Source: Candidatus Poribacteria bacterium
GTDB lineage: Bacteria; Poribacteria; WGA-4E; WGA-3G
Assembly (NCBI GenBank): GCA_963665235.2
Contig: CAXXLX010000001.1
Span: 3,264,001 to 3,328,000 of the forward strand
Direction: 5' to 3'
DNA length: 64,000 nt
Shown here: positions 10,584 through 19,781 of the stretch, one piece after another
Numbering within the stretch: position 1 is the stretch's first letter
Layout: each line of letters opens with the position of its first letter
Made by a program: the position numbers and the translations under genes
Notes under the pieces: model-generated
Databases searched by the model: none
The model's input: only the letters and a program-made list of their open reading frames with translations
Told to the model about the DNA's origin: nothing

Positions 10584-11423
10584 TTATCTCCGCCGTGCTT
10601 TAATGTGGCCCCACGTGACGCTCAGCTGGTTTGCAGAAGGACTGACATCAAGCCCCGTAGCGGTCATATTTTTTCGGACTTCCGCCGCCGTGAGTGCGCG
10701 TTCATAAATACGGAATTCGTCGACATATCCCTGAATCGCATCGCAATTGCAGCCATCTGAGCGGTCTCCGATGGCTAACTTGAGCCCGCCTTTAGGGATT
10801 TTGCCCCCTGGCACTGCGTATTTTTTCTCCTGTTTACCATTCACATAGTAGTGAACTGTCGTGCCATCGTAGGTGCCAACGAGATGAATCCACTGTTCAA
10901 GCGGGATATCCTCCAGCACATTATGCTGTGCTGCCTTGGTTTCCTGCCCACCTGCTCTTATGAAAAAGCCGTGCTGATTGTCATCATCGTCGTAATAGAG
11001 GCTGGCAACTGCTTTGTTTGTGGGCATATCGTCAAGCGAGATAATCCGATTCCAACTATCATCTAAGGCAGTAATATAGACCCAACACTCCAACGTGATT
11101 TCATCCCAATCTCGGTTAATTTTCGGGGGGTCTGAATCCTCCACGAGGAGATAGTCGACAGTCCCATCAAACAAGATACACTCTCCGACTTTACAATCGG
11201 CAGTGGGTGCAAGCTCAGGGTCACCTTTGACTACGGCAGTCAGCCCGGAGAAGATATCCTCTGCCTGTTTTTGGATTTGTACCGTATCCTTGTCAAATGA
11301 CCAATATGCGACTAAACCGTCCTCAACTGCGCCGACAATTGCATCGGCGGGCTGTGTTGTTAGGGCAATTAGGAGCGCGAAAAGCGTCCAAATCGCGTAG
11401 GTTAATGGTGTGCTCTTGTGCAT
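10584..11423 (-). CDS. secreted LamG-like jellyroll protein with C-terminal TWGxIK motif
   Basis: Signal peptide, GLVAYWSFD, WIHLVGTYDG, GYVDEFRIYERAL. Confidence 0.85.
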   Translation of the reverse strand: MHKSTPLTYAIWTLFALLIALTTQPADAIVGAVEDGLVAYWSFDKDTVQIQKQAEDIFSGLTAVVKGDPELAPTADCKVGECILFDGTVDYLLVEDSDPPKINRDWDEITLECWVYITALDDSWNRIISLDDMPTNKAVASLYYDDDDNQHGFFIRAGGQETKAAQHNVLEDIPLEQWIHLVGTYDGTTVHYYVNGKQEKKYAVPGGKIPKGGLKLAIGDRSDGCNCDAIQGYVDEFRIYERALTAAEVRKNMTATGLDVSPSANQLSVTWGHIKARRR

Positions 11424-11499
11424 AATGCCTCCTTTAATTGCTTGATAGCATATAGGTTTCAACGGTTTTCAGCGGAGCGGATTATCGGCTTAGGCTATT

Positions 11500-12891
11500 T
11501 TAGGTAACATCCCGCATAGCGCGTCTGCGCTGATCGGCGACTTGGCGTTCGCGTTCTTCGTCAGTCAGCTGGTCAACTTTTTCTGCGATTGCGGGCCGAT
11601 ATTCTGCAGCTTCACTTCTTCGCTTAAAGATTCGGAAATAATCGAACCGTGTTAGGGTAGGTGGTATATTCCCTGGGCAGAGCGCGTGCAAACCGACCTG
11701 CACCTGTGGGCCCATACCGACACGGGCAATACCACACCCTCTCCACGTAATTCCATCCGGACTGGCGAAGCCGGAGAACTGATTGCCACGGCGTTCTATC
11801 CGTAGAAAAAGTTCACGTACCCGGCGCATCCCGCCTCTACCTACAATACCGAACTGTCGATTAACGTGTCGTTCAAATCGGACATCGCCACGGAAGGCGT
11901 GAGGGCCGGAGGTTTTCTCCAAGCGCAGGAATTGGTTAGCGTGTTTCCAAATGATTAGGCCGCCATGTTCTCGGAGTTGGTTTGAAATCCGCATCCGGGT
12001 CTCAATAGCGAAGTCGCCTGTGACCTCCATGAGGAGCCGTGGTGCGCTCATATCCCCGCCTCTACCGTTCGGGCCGTGCCATAAGTCTTGCCCGGGTTCA
12101 GTTCGCATTTCCAGATAGCCTTGGCGTTCTGCCCAGGAGCCTCCGCCTTGTGGGTCTTCCCAACGCCATTCGGGTCGCATATCGTTCCCGATAAATTCAT
12201 CATCAAATACCATCTCTGTAAATTCACCGGAGGATGCCCACCCCTCAATTTTAATGGAGGAGATAGAATCGCCAAAACTCTGCGATAACAGGTGGAGGTT
12301 CGGGAGCTCTTTTTTGTATTCCATGGGCTCCATGCGGATAGGTAGACTCACGCCCTCAAAATCGGGGTGTTCATAGAACACAACCTCCGCACCGTCCGGA
12401 GGAAAGTCGGGACCTTTAAAAATGCGTATAGACGAAATCCTATCTTCGAACCACGACCGGCCCTGTTTATCCCGTAAGTTTGCAATGTCCCGCAAGATAG
12501 TAATCTTTCTACCCTCAAATTCCGCGTGCTCATAACAATCCACAATCATCGGAATAGTCCCCCACTCTGGTCCTACTACGTCTAAGGCTGAACCGAAGTT
12601 AATAGAGGAAATTCTATCTCCGAAATTGTAGGCTGTGTCGTGCAAATTTGGATAAAATCCGGGACCGAGTGCTAACTTTTTTCCTTTATAGTCTACATGT
12701 TGATAAAGCAGCACTTTGTAATTCGGGCTCCCTGAAAAATTCGGGCCTTTGTAAACCCGCAGCGAGGAAATATTGTCTTGAAACCCGATGAGCCGCGTAT
12801 GCGGCACCGGTTCTAAGACATATCCCATTCTGCCGCGGAAGTTTGCATGTTGAAATACCTCAACGATGAGGCGTGGAATTACTATTGGCAT
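11500..12891 (-). CDS. beta/gamma-crystallin repeats fused to a DUF1349-like jellyroll domain
   Basis: Four (F/Y)xHxxFxG...DxISS Greek-key motifs, then DLWH...SAPRLLMEVTGDFAIETR and LRIERRGNQFSGFASPDG. Confidence 0.8.
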   Translation of the reverse strand: MPIVIPRLIVEVFQHANFRGRMGYVLEPVPHTRLIGFQDNISSLRVYKGPNFSGSPNYKVLLYQHVDYKGKKLALGPGFYPNLHDTAYNFGDRISSINFGSALDVVGPEWGTIPMIVDCYEHAEFEGRKITILRDIANLRDKQGRSWFEDRISSIRIFKGPDFPPDGAEVVFYEHPDFEGVSLPIRMEPMEYKKELPNLHLLSQSFGDSISSIKIEGWASSGEFTEMVFDDEFIGNDMRPEWRWEDPQGGGSWAERQGYLEMRTEPGQDLWHGPNGRGGDMSAPRLLMEVTGDFAIETRMRISNQLREHGGLIIWKHANQFLRLEKTSGPHAFRGDVRFERHVNRQFGIVGRGGMRRVRELFLRIERRGNQFSGFASPDGITWRGCGIARVGMGPQVQVGLHALCPGNIPPTLTRFDYFRIFKRRSEAAEYRPAIAEKVDQLTDEERERQVADQRRRAMRDVT

Positions 12892-12972
12892 GTGTTTCTC
12901 CTATTTGTTGGATTATGTTTCAATTTAGATTTTTATAGTGTTCTGTCCATCTCAAAAATGACTACTCGCTAT

Positions 12973-14070
12973 TTACGCTGTCCCGAGTCTCGCTTCATAG
13001 ATTTGGGCGTACCCGCTCCTATCTGACGTAAACACAACGTACTGTCCATCGGGACTAAAAGAGGGATGTGGATGTGTATGCTGCGGCGCGTACACCTTAA
13101 TTGGGCCATCCGCATAAGGAAATGGGCTGTTCCAATGCTCACCGATAGAGGACGCTGCAGGGTGACATAACAGCTTCGGTTCGCCAATGCCGTCGCGTGC
13201 GTCAAACGTTTGAATGCCGATATCCGGAAAGTTCGTATCGGCCACCATGACCGTTCCTGCCGGGTTGCATATCGCGTGCCATGCGTTGAACCTCGTAACC
13301 TGTCGCTCAGTGCCGGTGTCCACGTTAATACACCGTACCCCGTTTGGCCAGTCAACAAAGGCGAGTTCTCGTGTCCCCGGAATCCACGTTTCATGCGTAA
13401 TCCACTCGTTCCTTTCGACATTGCGTGCATAAAGCCTGCGGTTCCCAGTGCCATCCCGATGAATTATCCACACGCGGTCGGTTAAGGGGCCCGCGTAATA
13501 GAGCAGGTTCGGGTCGTCAGGGCAAAATTGGAGGTGCCCGATGCTGTCCCGGCGCAGGATAATGTCGTAATCGCCGGTATCGGTATCCACAATAGCGAGT
13601 GCGGCTTCCTCACCGACGTTGAAACGGATTGCCCACCATCGGTCATCGTGGCTGACTGCTGTCGTGCCCATCGCTGCGGCAATCATCCCTTTTTCACGCA
13701 TTGCAGAGGCATTGAAGTTAACCAATTCACGCTCCGCTAACGTTTCCAAATCGAGCTGCCATCCGCTGGTACCAGCAGTGAAGAATACGGCCGCTCCGTT
13801 CCGAGCAGGGTGCACTGACCATTCACTGATATCGTCTCTGTCTGTCAACTGGCGGAGTTCACTTGTGCTCCGTTCCTCGGCGAAAATCTGCGGTGTGCCG
13901 GTGCGGTGCGATACAAAAATTAACCGTTGCATCGCGTTATCATACGCTGGAATGATAAAGAACGGATGGTGATGCACAGCTGAAGCCATCGTTACCTGCC
14001 GGATGTGTGTCCCGGTACATCTATCGTAGAATGTTCGAGATTCAGATGGATAAATCGTGCCTTTTGCCAT
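12973..14070 (-). CDS. oligogalacturonate lyase family beta-propeller
   Basis: GTIYPSESRTFYD, GHLQFCP, THETW, HPHPSFSPDG..VFTSD. Confidence 0.8.
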   Translation of the reverse strand: MAKGTIYPSESRTFYDRCTGTHIRQVTMASAVHHHPFFIIPAYDNAMQRLIFVSHRTGTPQIFAEERSTSELRQLTDRDDISEWSVHPARNGAAVFFTAGTSGWQLDLETLAERELVNFNASAMREKGMIAAAMGTTAVSHDDRWWAIRFNVGEEAALAIVDTDTGDYDIILRRDSIGHLQFCPDDPNLLYYAGPLTDRVWIIHRDGTGNRRLYARNVERNEWITHETWIPGTRELAFVDWPNGVRCINVDTGTERQVTRFNAWHAICNPAGTVMVADTNFPDIGIQTFDARDGIGEPKLLCHPAASSIGEHWNSPFPYADGPIKVYAPQHTHPHPSFSPDGQYVVFTSDRSGYAQIYEARLGTA

Positions 14071-14091
14071 CTATCTGTTCCTTATCACACC

Positions 14092-14331
14092 TTACCACTC
14101 TATATCCTCTATGGATTGTGCCTCTAATGCTTGTGTGAATATGGCATCGAGGCGTTTGAGGCTGCGCATCCTCCCGATTTTACGGGTAAGTTCATCAGGA
14201 ACATCGTCAAAACGTGTGTGTATGGTTTTCAGGGTATCCTCACGTTTCGCACGAACCACACCGATTTCTATACCGCGTTTTTCACCGGCTTCCATACCTT
14301 CTTCAAAAAGAGATTGGGCTATCGTTTGCAC
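14092..14331 (-). CDS. putative intragenic small protein (RpnS-like antitoxin), 79 aa
   Basis: In-frame GTG at 14331 preceded at 8 nt by AAGGAGG (14346-14340). Confidence 0.55.
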   Translation of the reverse strand: MQTIAQSLFEEGMEAGEKRGIEIGVVRAKREDTLKTIHTRFDDVPDELTRKIGRMRSLKRLDAIFTQALEAQSIEDIEW

Positions 14332-15180
14332 CTTCGATTCCTCCTTCGCTCTAAGCGATTTATCTTCTATCAAATCGTGAATCGTATGAACTAAACCTTC
14401 ACGCTCTTCACGCTCCCTACGACCGTATATCAACATATAAATATACGACAAAACTTTGTCACGCTGACCTACTTCATCAGGACCAAGCGATAGCAGGCGC
14501 TCCACTACAGAAACTATTGCCGAACGCAACGCCGCCTCACTTCCATGTTCTTGTTGTAATACCGTCAACGCCCACCCAAACAGATGATCTGGCTGAGTTA
14601 ATGTCGCCGCCTCGGTGTGCTTCACATCTAAAAGCAGAAAACGACACTCCGGAACATATACCCTGAAAGGATTAAACGGATTTGCCAACTCACGCAACGA
14701 CAACGGAACTGACCATTTCCGGTCTCCTGTGTAAAATACTATACCAATCACTGCCGGCAAACCCCACTCATCCTGAGGGTGCTCCTGCAATCCATAATCC
14801 TGTAGATGCACAGACCATACCTGCATCATATACGCGTGTAGACGATACGCCATTTTCCGATCAACCGTCGATTGATGTTCTACCAGCACATAAACAGGCA
14901 ACGTCTCACGTTCTGAAGCTGATACGCTATCCTTCTGAATTGGGATACTATACAGCAAATCCGACACATGTTTTCGCAGATTCTCCGGGATGAAAGTTGT
15001 ATCCTGCCGAACAGCATTCTTAAAATCGAGATGCGGCACAACGGCACTGTCAAGGATTTCAAGTAACCCTCTCACATTCTGCGAATTGTCAACAAACCAA
15101 AGCGAGCTCAGCTCCGGAAATTGCCGTAAGGCTGAATAATCAAGCGCATTGAACATACTGATTATTTTATTTTTATTCAT
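14092..15180 (-). CDS. Rpn/YhgA-like recombination-promoting nuclease (putative transposase family)
   Basis: SDLLYS, YVLVEHQSTVDRKMAYRL, IVFYTGDRKW, C-terminal EEG/RG helical repeats. Confidence 0.88.
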   Translation of the reverse strand: MNKNKIISMFNALDYSALRQFPELSSLWFVDNSQNVRGLLEILDSAVVPHLDFKNAVRQDTTFIPENLRKHVSDLLYSIPIQKDSVSASERETLPVYVLVEHQSTVDRKMAYRLHAYMMQVWSVHLQDYGLQEHPQDEWGLPAVIGIVFYTGDRKWSVPLSLRELANPFNPFRVYVPECRFLLLDVKHTEAATLTQPDHLFGWALTVLQQEHGSEAALRSAIVSVVERLLSLGPDEVGQRDKVLSYIYMLIYGRREREEREGLVHTIHDLIEDKSLRAKEESKVQTIAQSLFEEGMEAGEKRGIEIGVVRAKREDTLKTIHTRFDDVPDELTRKIGRMRSLKRLDAIFTQALEAQSIEDIEW

Positions 15181-15247
15181 AAAGTCCTTCTTGCTCTAAT
15201 GAAGGGATATGCCATCAGGCAACACATGCTACGCGTCAACCCTTCCT

Positions 15248-15400
15248 AACGCTAGTTTGAAAAAAGTTTTGACCTAGAGCGTTCTCTGGTAGTTTTAGCA
15301 AAAAACTGCACAAACTAGGAAGTATGTGCTACAATTATGCTGCTTTTTTCTCGGTGAAACAGGTTTAGAGCAAACGGATATTTATTATCAAGCTCACGTT
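15248..15400 (-). mobile_element. MITE copy 1 (153 bp), TSD TCCT
   Basis: Near-identical reverse complement of 49605-49755; imperfect TIRs; TCCT at 15244-15247 and 15401-15404. Confidence 0.85.
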
Positions 15401-15584
15401 TCCTAGCTAACCGATTATAGAATAACATACTTTGCAGAAAACGTCAAATGGATTCTTTATATTGCAGAGACGTTTAGGCGTGATTTCCCGATGGCGATGC
15501 GCGTGTAAAGTTCTTGATACAAGGTTAGGCAGCTTTTGTTTGTGGGTAACAGTAAGCACAAGCGGGGGGGTAAACCTTATATAT

Positions 15585-15613
15585 GTAGGGGCGGATGTTA
15601 GTCGTATCCGCCC
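15585..15613 (+). repeat. GTAG-type REP-like hairpin
   Basis: gtag-gggcggat-gttagtcgt-atccgccc. Confidence 0.5.
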
Positions 15614-15623
15614 ATCTCTGCGT

Positions 15624-16622
15624 CTATTCCTCAAAAGCGGCATCGAACGCAACAGCCGAAGGCTCAAAATCGTACCCCTTCACCGCGCCGCATGCCTCCC
15701 GGGCACCATGCTCCCGGTCCATGCCGCTGTCTTCCCACTCAATTGAGAGCGGTCCGTCGTAGTTGATATTGTTAAGTGCGCGGATAATCTCTTCAAAATT
15801 GATATTCCCGCGTCCAATAGAACGAAAATCCCAGTAACGCTTTGCATCTCCGAACCCGAGGTGCCCCCCGAACACACCCGACAACCGTGGCGTGTTAGAC
15901 CACCATACATCTTTCATGTGCACGTGATAAATACGGTCGCCTAAACGTTCAATGAATGCCACATAATCAACCCCTTGGTAGCCGAGGTGGCTGGGGTCAT
16001 AGTTGAAACCGAACGTTTCTCTACCGTCAAGTGCCTCAATGGCGCGTTCAGCAGTGACAATGTCAAAAGCGATTTCGGTCGGATGGACTTCAAGCCCGAA
16101 CTTAACACCGACTTCATCGAAGACATCAAAGATTGGATTCCAGCGGTTCGCGAAATCTTCGAAACCTGCATCAATCTGTGCGGCATCGACCGGTGGGAAA
16201 GAGTAGAGCAGGTGCCAGATGGAGCTGCCTGTAAAACCGTTGACGACATTCACGCCAAGTCTCGCGGCGGCACGTGCGGTGTTTTTCATCTCCTCCGCAG
16301 CGCGTTCCTGAACGCCCGCGGGGTCGCCATCCCCCCAAATCTGCTCTGAGACAATCGCTGCGTGTCGACCGTCAATGTTGTCACAAACGGCTTGTCCAAC
16401 GAGGTGATTGCTTATGGACCAGACTTTCAACCCGTATTTTGCGAGGAGGTCGTGCCTGCCTTGGCAGTAGTCGTCGTCTGTGAGTGCTTTATCCACTTCA
16501 AAATGGTCCCCCCAGCAAGCGAGTTCTAGTCCATCATATCCCCACTCACTGGCTTTCTGTGCAAGTTCTTCCAACGTTAAGTCTGCCCATTGTCCTGTAA
16601 ACAGTGTAACAGGTCTTGCCAT
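15624..16622 (-). CDS. sugar phosphate isomerase/epimerase (xylose-isomerase-like TIM barrel)
   Basis: [38 protein letters not shown]. Confidence 0.92.
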   Translation of the reverse strand: MARPVTLFTGQWADLTLEELAQKASEWGYDGLELACWGDHFEVDKALTDDDYCQGRHDLLAKYGLKVWSISNHLVGQAVCDNIDGRHAAIVSEQIWGDGDPAGVQERAAEEMKNTARAAARLGVNVVNGFTGSSIWHLLYSFPPVDAAQIDAGFEDFANRWNPIFDVFDEVGVKFGLEVHPTEIAFDIVTAERAIEALDGRETFGFNYDPSHLGYQGVDYVAFIERLGDRIYHVHMKDVWWSNTPRLSGVFGGHLGFGDAKRYWDFRSIGRGNINFEEIIRALNNINYDGPLSIEWEDSGMDREHGAREACGAVKGYDFEPSAVAFDAAFEE

Positions 16623-16685
16623 TTTCAATCTCCTTTATCTTTTTTCTTATAGCGGGGTCTGTACCCCGATTTAAAATTTTGCTGC

Positions 16686-17858
16686 TTATACCGGGGGGGT
16701 ATATCGTGCGTCGACCCAGCCGCGCTGTTTTCCGCTTTCAACAGCCGTATTGATGAAATGCACGCCGCGTGCACCGTCCTGCACCGTGGGAAAATCGGTG
16801 TCATATTCATTAGGTGATTCCCCGGCAATCTTCGCCGCCATAGTACGCGCAGCATTGACATAAATATTCGCGAACGCTTCAATAAACGCTTCGGGATGTC
16901 CAAACGGAATTCGGGAGTTGTGCTGGACAATTTCTGAGAGGTAATCATTCCCGCGTTTGTATACCTGCTCAGGCCCATCAGGAAATCGAACGGAGAGATA
17001 ATTCGGGTTTTCCTGATGCCATTCTAACGAGGCATCTGTCCCATAAACACGGATGCGTAGATTGTTCTCTTCACCCACCGAAATTTGGGAAGCAAACAGT
17101 ACGCCCCGCACCCCCTCTTCGTAATGAACTAAGAGATTTCCATCATCCTCTAGCAAGCGTCCCTCTACAAAAGTCGTCATATCCGCGCAGATTTCTTCCA
17201 TTTCAAGCCCGGTAATATAGTGCGCCAAATTTTCTGCATGAGAACCGATATCTCCGATACACGACGATGCCCCCGCCTGTTTCGGGTCAGTCCGCCAGAC
17301 AGCTTGCTTCGCGCCTTCGTTTTCCAGAAACGTGGATAACCACCCCTGCGGGTATTCAACCACTATTTTTCGAAGTGTGCCCAATTTTCCCGATTTTACA
17401 AGCTCACGTGCCTGCTTTACCATCGGATAACCTGTGTAATTATGCGTCAGTGCGAAGATAACATCGTGTGAACTGACGAGACGACAGAGGGTTTCAGCAT
17501 CTTCGACCGTTGTTGTCATCGGTTTATCACAAACAACGTGAAATCCCGCTTCAATAAAGGTTTTGGCAACATCAAAATGCACATGATTCGGGGTGACAAT
17601 TGAGACAAAGTCGATCCGGTCGCCTTCGGGGAGTTGGCTCTCTTTTTCTGCCATCTCCTTATACGAACCGTAGACCCGGTCTGCGTCGAGAAAAAGTTCT
17701 GCCCCCTGCTGCCGTGATTTCTCTGGCGAGGATGAGAATGCCCCTGCAATCAGGTCTATTTCACCATCAAGTGCTGCGGCTTTCCGATGAACCGCCCCGA
17801 TGAAGGCATCCGGTCCGCCGCCTACCATTCCGTAACGTATTTTCCTACCAAGTGGCAT
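16686..17858 (-). CDS. Gfo/Idh/MocA oxidoreductase
   Basis: GMVGGGPDAFIGAVHR, CDKPM, GDIGSHA, GHPEAFIEAFAN. Confidence 0.93.
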   Translation of the reverse strand: MPLGRKIRYGMVGGGPDAFIGAVHRKAAALDGEIDLIAGAFSSSPEKSRQQGAELFLDADRVYGSYKEMAEKESQLPEGDRIDFVSIVTPNHVHFDVAKTFIEAGFHVVCDKPMTTTVEDAETLCRLVSSHDVIFALTHNYTGYPMVKQARELVKSGKLGTLRKIVVEYPQGWLSTFLENEGAKQAVWRTDPKQAGASSCIGDIGSHAENLAHYITGLEMEEICADMTTFVEGRLLEDDGNLLVHYEEGVRGVLFASQISVGEENNLRIRVYGTDASLEWHQENPNYLSVRFPDGPEQVYKRGNDYLSEIVQHNSRIPFGHPEAFIEAFANIYVNAARTMAAKIAGESPNEYDTDFPTVQDGARGVHFINTAVESGKQRGWVDARYTPPV

Positions 17859-18002
17859 AGTATGTAATCCCTTCCTTATTTATTTCGGTGTGTGCTGGCA
17901 TTTGCAAATATATCAACACACGGGACAAATTAATTTCACTATTTTAAGAATTATGCCATATTTCTCTATTTTTTTCAAGGTATTTTTGTTTTGGAAAAAA
18001 AC

Positions 18003-18032
18003 TTGACGAAACTTCAAAAGATATAGTATACT
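18003..18032 (+). promoter_or_regulatory. sigma70-like promoter
   Basis: TTGACG-18 nt-TATACT upstream of the LamG operon. Confidence 0.5.
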
Positions 18033-18067
18033 ATGTAACACAGAAATTCACTAGCGGAGGAAATTTT

Positions 18068-18865
18068 ATGAATTTAATGCGAATTGGTATAGTGATCCTT
18101 GTCGCTGTCTGTTGGCTGAGCTCCCCCACTCACGCCGCTATAGATGGCAAGAATATCAGGGGGATGTGGCTCTTTGACGGGGCAGGTGACACCGCAAAAG
18201 ATTCCACAAAAAACGGCAACGACGGTAAAATCCACGGCGGAACCAAACGGGTCGATGGAAAGTTCGGAAAGGCACTTGAATTTGATGGCACAGACGGTTG
18301 GGTCGAAGTGCCACATTCGGATAGTGTCGCGTTCAAAAAAGGCACCTCTTTCACGATTACGCTCCATTTTAAAGGCACTAAAATTGGTGGTTCGCTCGTT
18401 GGCAAAAACTATGAAGATCAATCACAAGCTTTACCTTGGTACCTGCTTTGGAACGGCGGTAACAATAACATTCTATCCCTCTACCTACGCAATTCTCAAA
18501 GTCAGAACTTTAGAATTGATGGCACGTCCGATATAGGTGATGACAAATGGCATTTTATCGCCGCCAGAGCGGATGCCGCTGCGCAAAAAATCTCTTTGTG
18601 GATAGATGGGAAACAGGAAGCCGAAGGTAATTTTGATACCAACGATGGATACGGCACAAGTGACGGTGTGTTTCATATCGCACGACACTTTGACCGATAT
18701 ACCGCCGGTATCATCGACGACGTGGCACTCTTCAATATCGCCTTGAGTGAAGCCGACATGAAGACCATCATGGATAACGGCGTTGAAGAAGCTGCCGCAG
18801 TGGAACCTGTAGACAAATTAACAACCACGTGGGGCAAACTCAAACGCCACACACAAGCACAATAA
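18068..18865 (+). CDS. secreted LamG-like protein with C-terminal KLTTTWGKLK
   Basis: Signal peptide, GMWLFD, DGKFGKALEFDG, GIIDDVALFNIAL. Confidence 0.88.
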   Translation: MNLMRIGIVILVAVCWLSSPTHAAIDGKNIRGMWLFDGAGDTAKDSTKNGNDGKIHGGTKRVDGKFGKALEFDGTDGWVEVPHSDSVAFKKGTSFTITLHFKGTKIGGSLVGKNYEDQSQALPWYLLWNGGNNNILSLYLRNSQSQNFRIDGTSDIGDDKWHFIAARADAAAQKISLWIDGKQEAEGNFDTNDGYGTSDGVFHIARHFDRYTAGIIDDVALFNIALSEADMKTIMDNGVEEAAAVEPVDKLTTTWGKLKRHTQAQ

Positions 18866-18880
18866 GGAGAAATTTAATTT

Positions 18881-19687
18881 ATGTATCTAGCTAAAAATAT
18901 GGGTGTCGCTTTAGCGATGCTGCTCGGGCTCTGTTTGCTAATACCCGCTCCTAGCTCAGCAAGCTTTGACTTCGATAACATCATGGGGATGTGGCTCTTT
19001 GACGAAGGGGAAGGGACGGTCGCAAGCGATTCTTCAGAAAACGGAAATGATGGCACTATCCACGGCGCGACCTGGGTAAATGGCAAATTCGGAAAAGCAC
19101 TCCAATTCGATGGAGCCGCGAACTGGGTTGAAGTCCCACACTCTGACACTGTCGGGTTTGAAGCCGGAACTTCGTTCACGCTCACACTGCATTTCAAAGG
19201 CACCAAGGTCGGCGGCTCACTCGCTGGCAAAAACTATGAGGATAAATCGCAAGTTTTACCGTGGTATATGCTCTGGAACGGCGGTGGCGATAACAAGGTA
19301 ACCTTCTTCTTACGGAATACTGCCTCAGTCAGCTATAGACCCCAGAGCGCAACCGAAATCGGGGATGACGAATGGCACTTCGTCGCTGGCAGAGCGGACG
19401 CTGAAACAGGTAAGGTAACCTTGTGGATAGATGGGAAACAGGAAGCCGAACTCGATTTTGACACAAACAGCGGATACGGCAACAGCGAAGGCGTATTTCA
19501 CATCGGACGACACTTCGACCGATATACCGCTGGCATCATCGACGAAGTCCTCCTTTTCAATGTCGCCCTCGATGAAGCGGATATGAACGCAATTATGGAA
19601 GACGGTATCCAAACAGTTGCTGCTGTTGAAGCCTCTGGCAAACTTACAACAACCTGGGGCACACTGAAGCAACGGGTAACACGATAA
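18881..19687 (+). CDS. secreted LamG-like protein, tandem paralog of 18068-18865
   Basis: Shares WVEVPHSD, LHFKGTK, GKNYED, LPWY, RHFDRYTAGIID; ends KLTTTWGTLK. Confidence 0.88.
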   Translation: MYLAKNMGVALAMLLGLCLLIPAPSSASFDFDNIMGMWLFDEGEGTVASDSSENGNDGTIHGATWVNGKFGKALQFDGAANWVEVPHSDTVGFEAGTSFTLTLHFKGTKVGGSLAGKNYEDKSQVLPWYMLWNGGGDNKVTFFLRNTASVSYRPQSATEIGDDEWHFVAGRADAETGKVTLWIDGKQEAELDFDTNSGYGNSEGVFHIGRHFDRYTAGIIDEVLLFNVALDEADMNAIMEDGIQTVAAVEASGKLTTTWGTLKQRVTR

Positions 19688-19696
19688 ATTGCACTG

Positions 19697-19723
19697 AGGG
19701 TGGGGTTTCAAATCCCACCCTAC
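19697..19723 (-). repeat. GTAG-type REP-like hairpin
   Basis: Reverse complement reads gtagggtgggatttgaaaccccaccct. Confidence 0.55.
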
Positions 19724-19781
19724 AACCGAACGTCACAACAAAAATAGCGAAACAGAGCACTAGTTAAAGGACAGACACATC

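Noticed and set aside
14092-15400. Rpn as the transposase of the adjacent MITE
   Set aside because: The MITE is closed by its own TIRs and TSD outside the gene; Rpn proteins are not known to mobilise TIR elements
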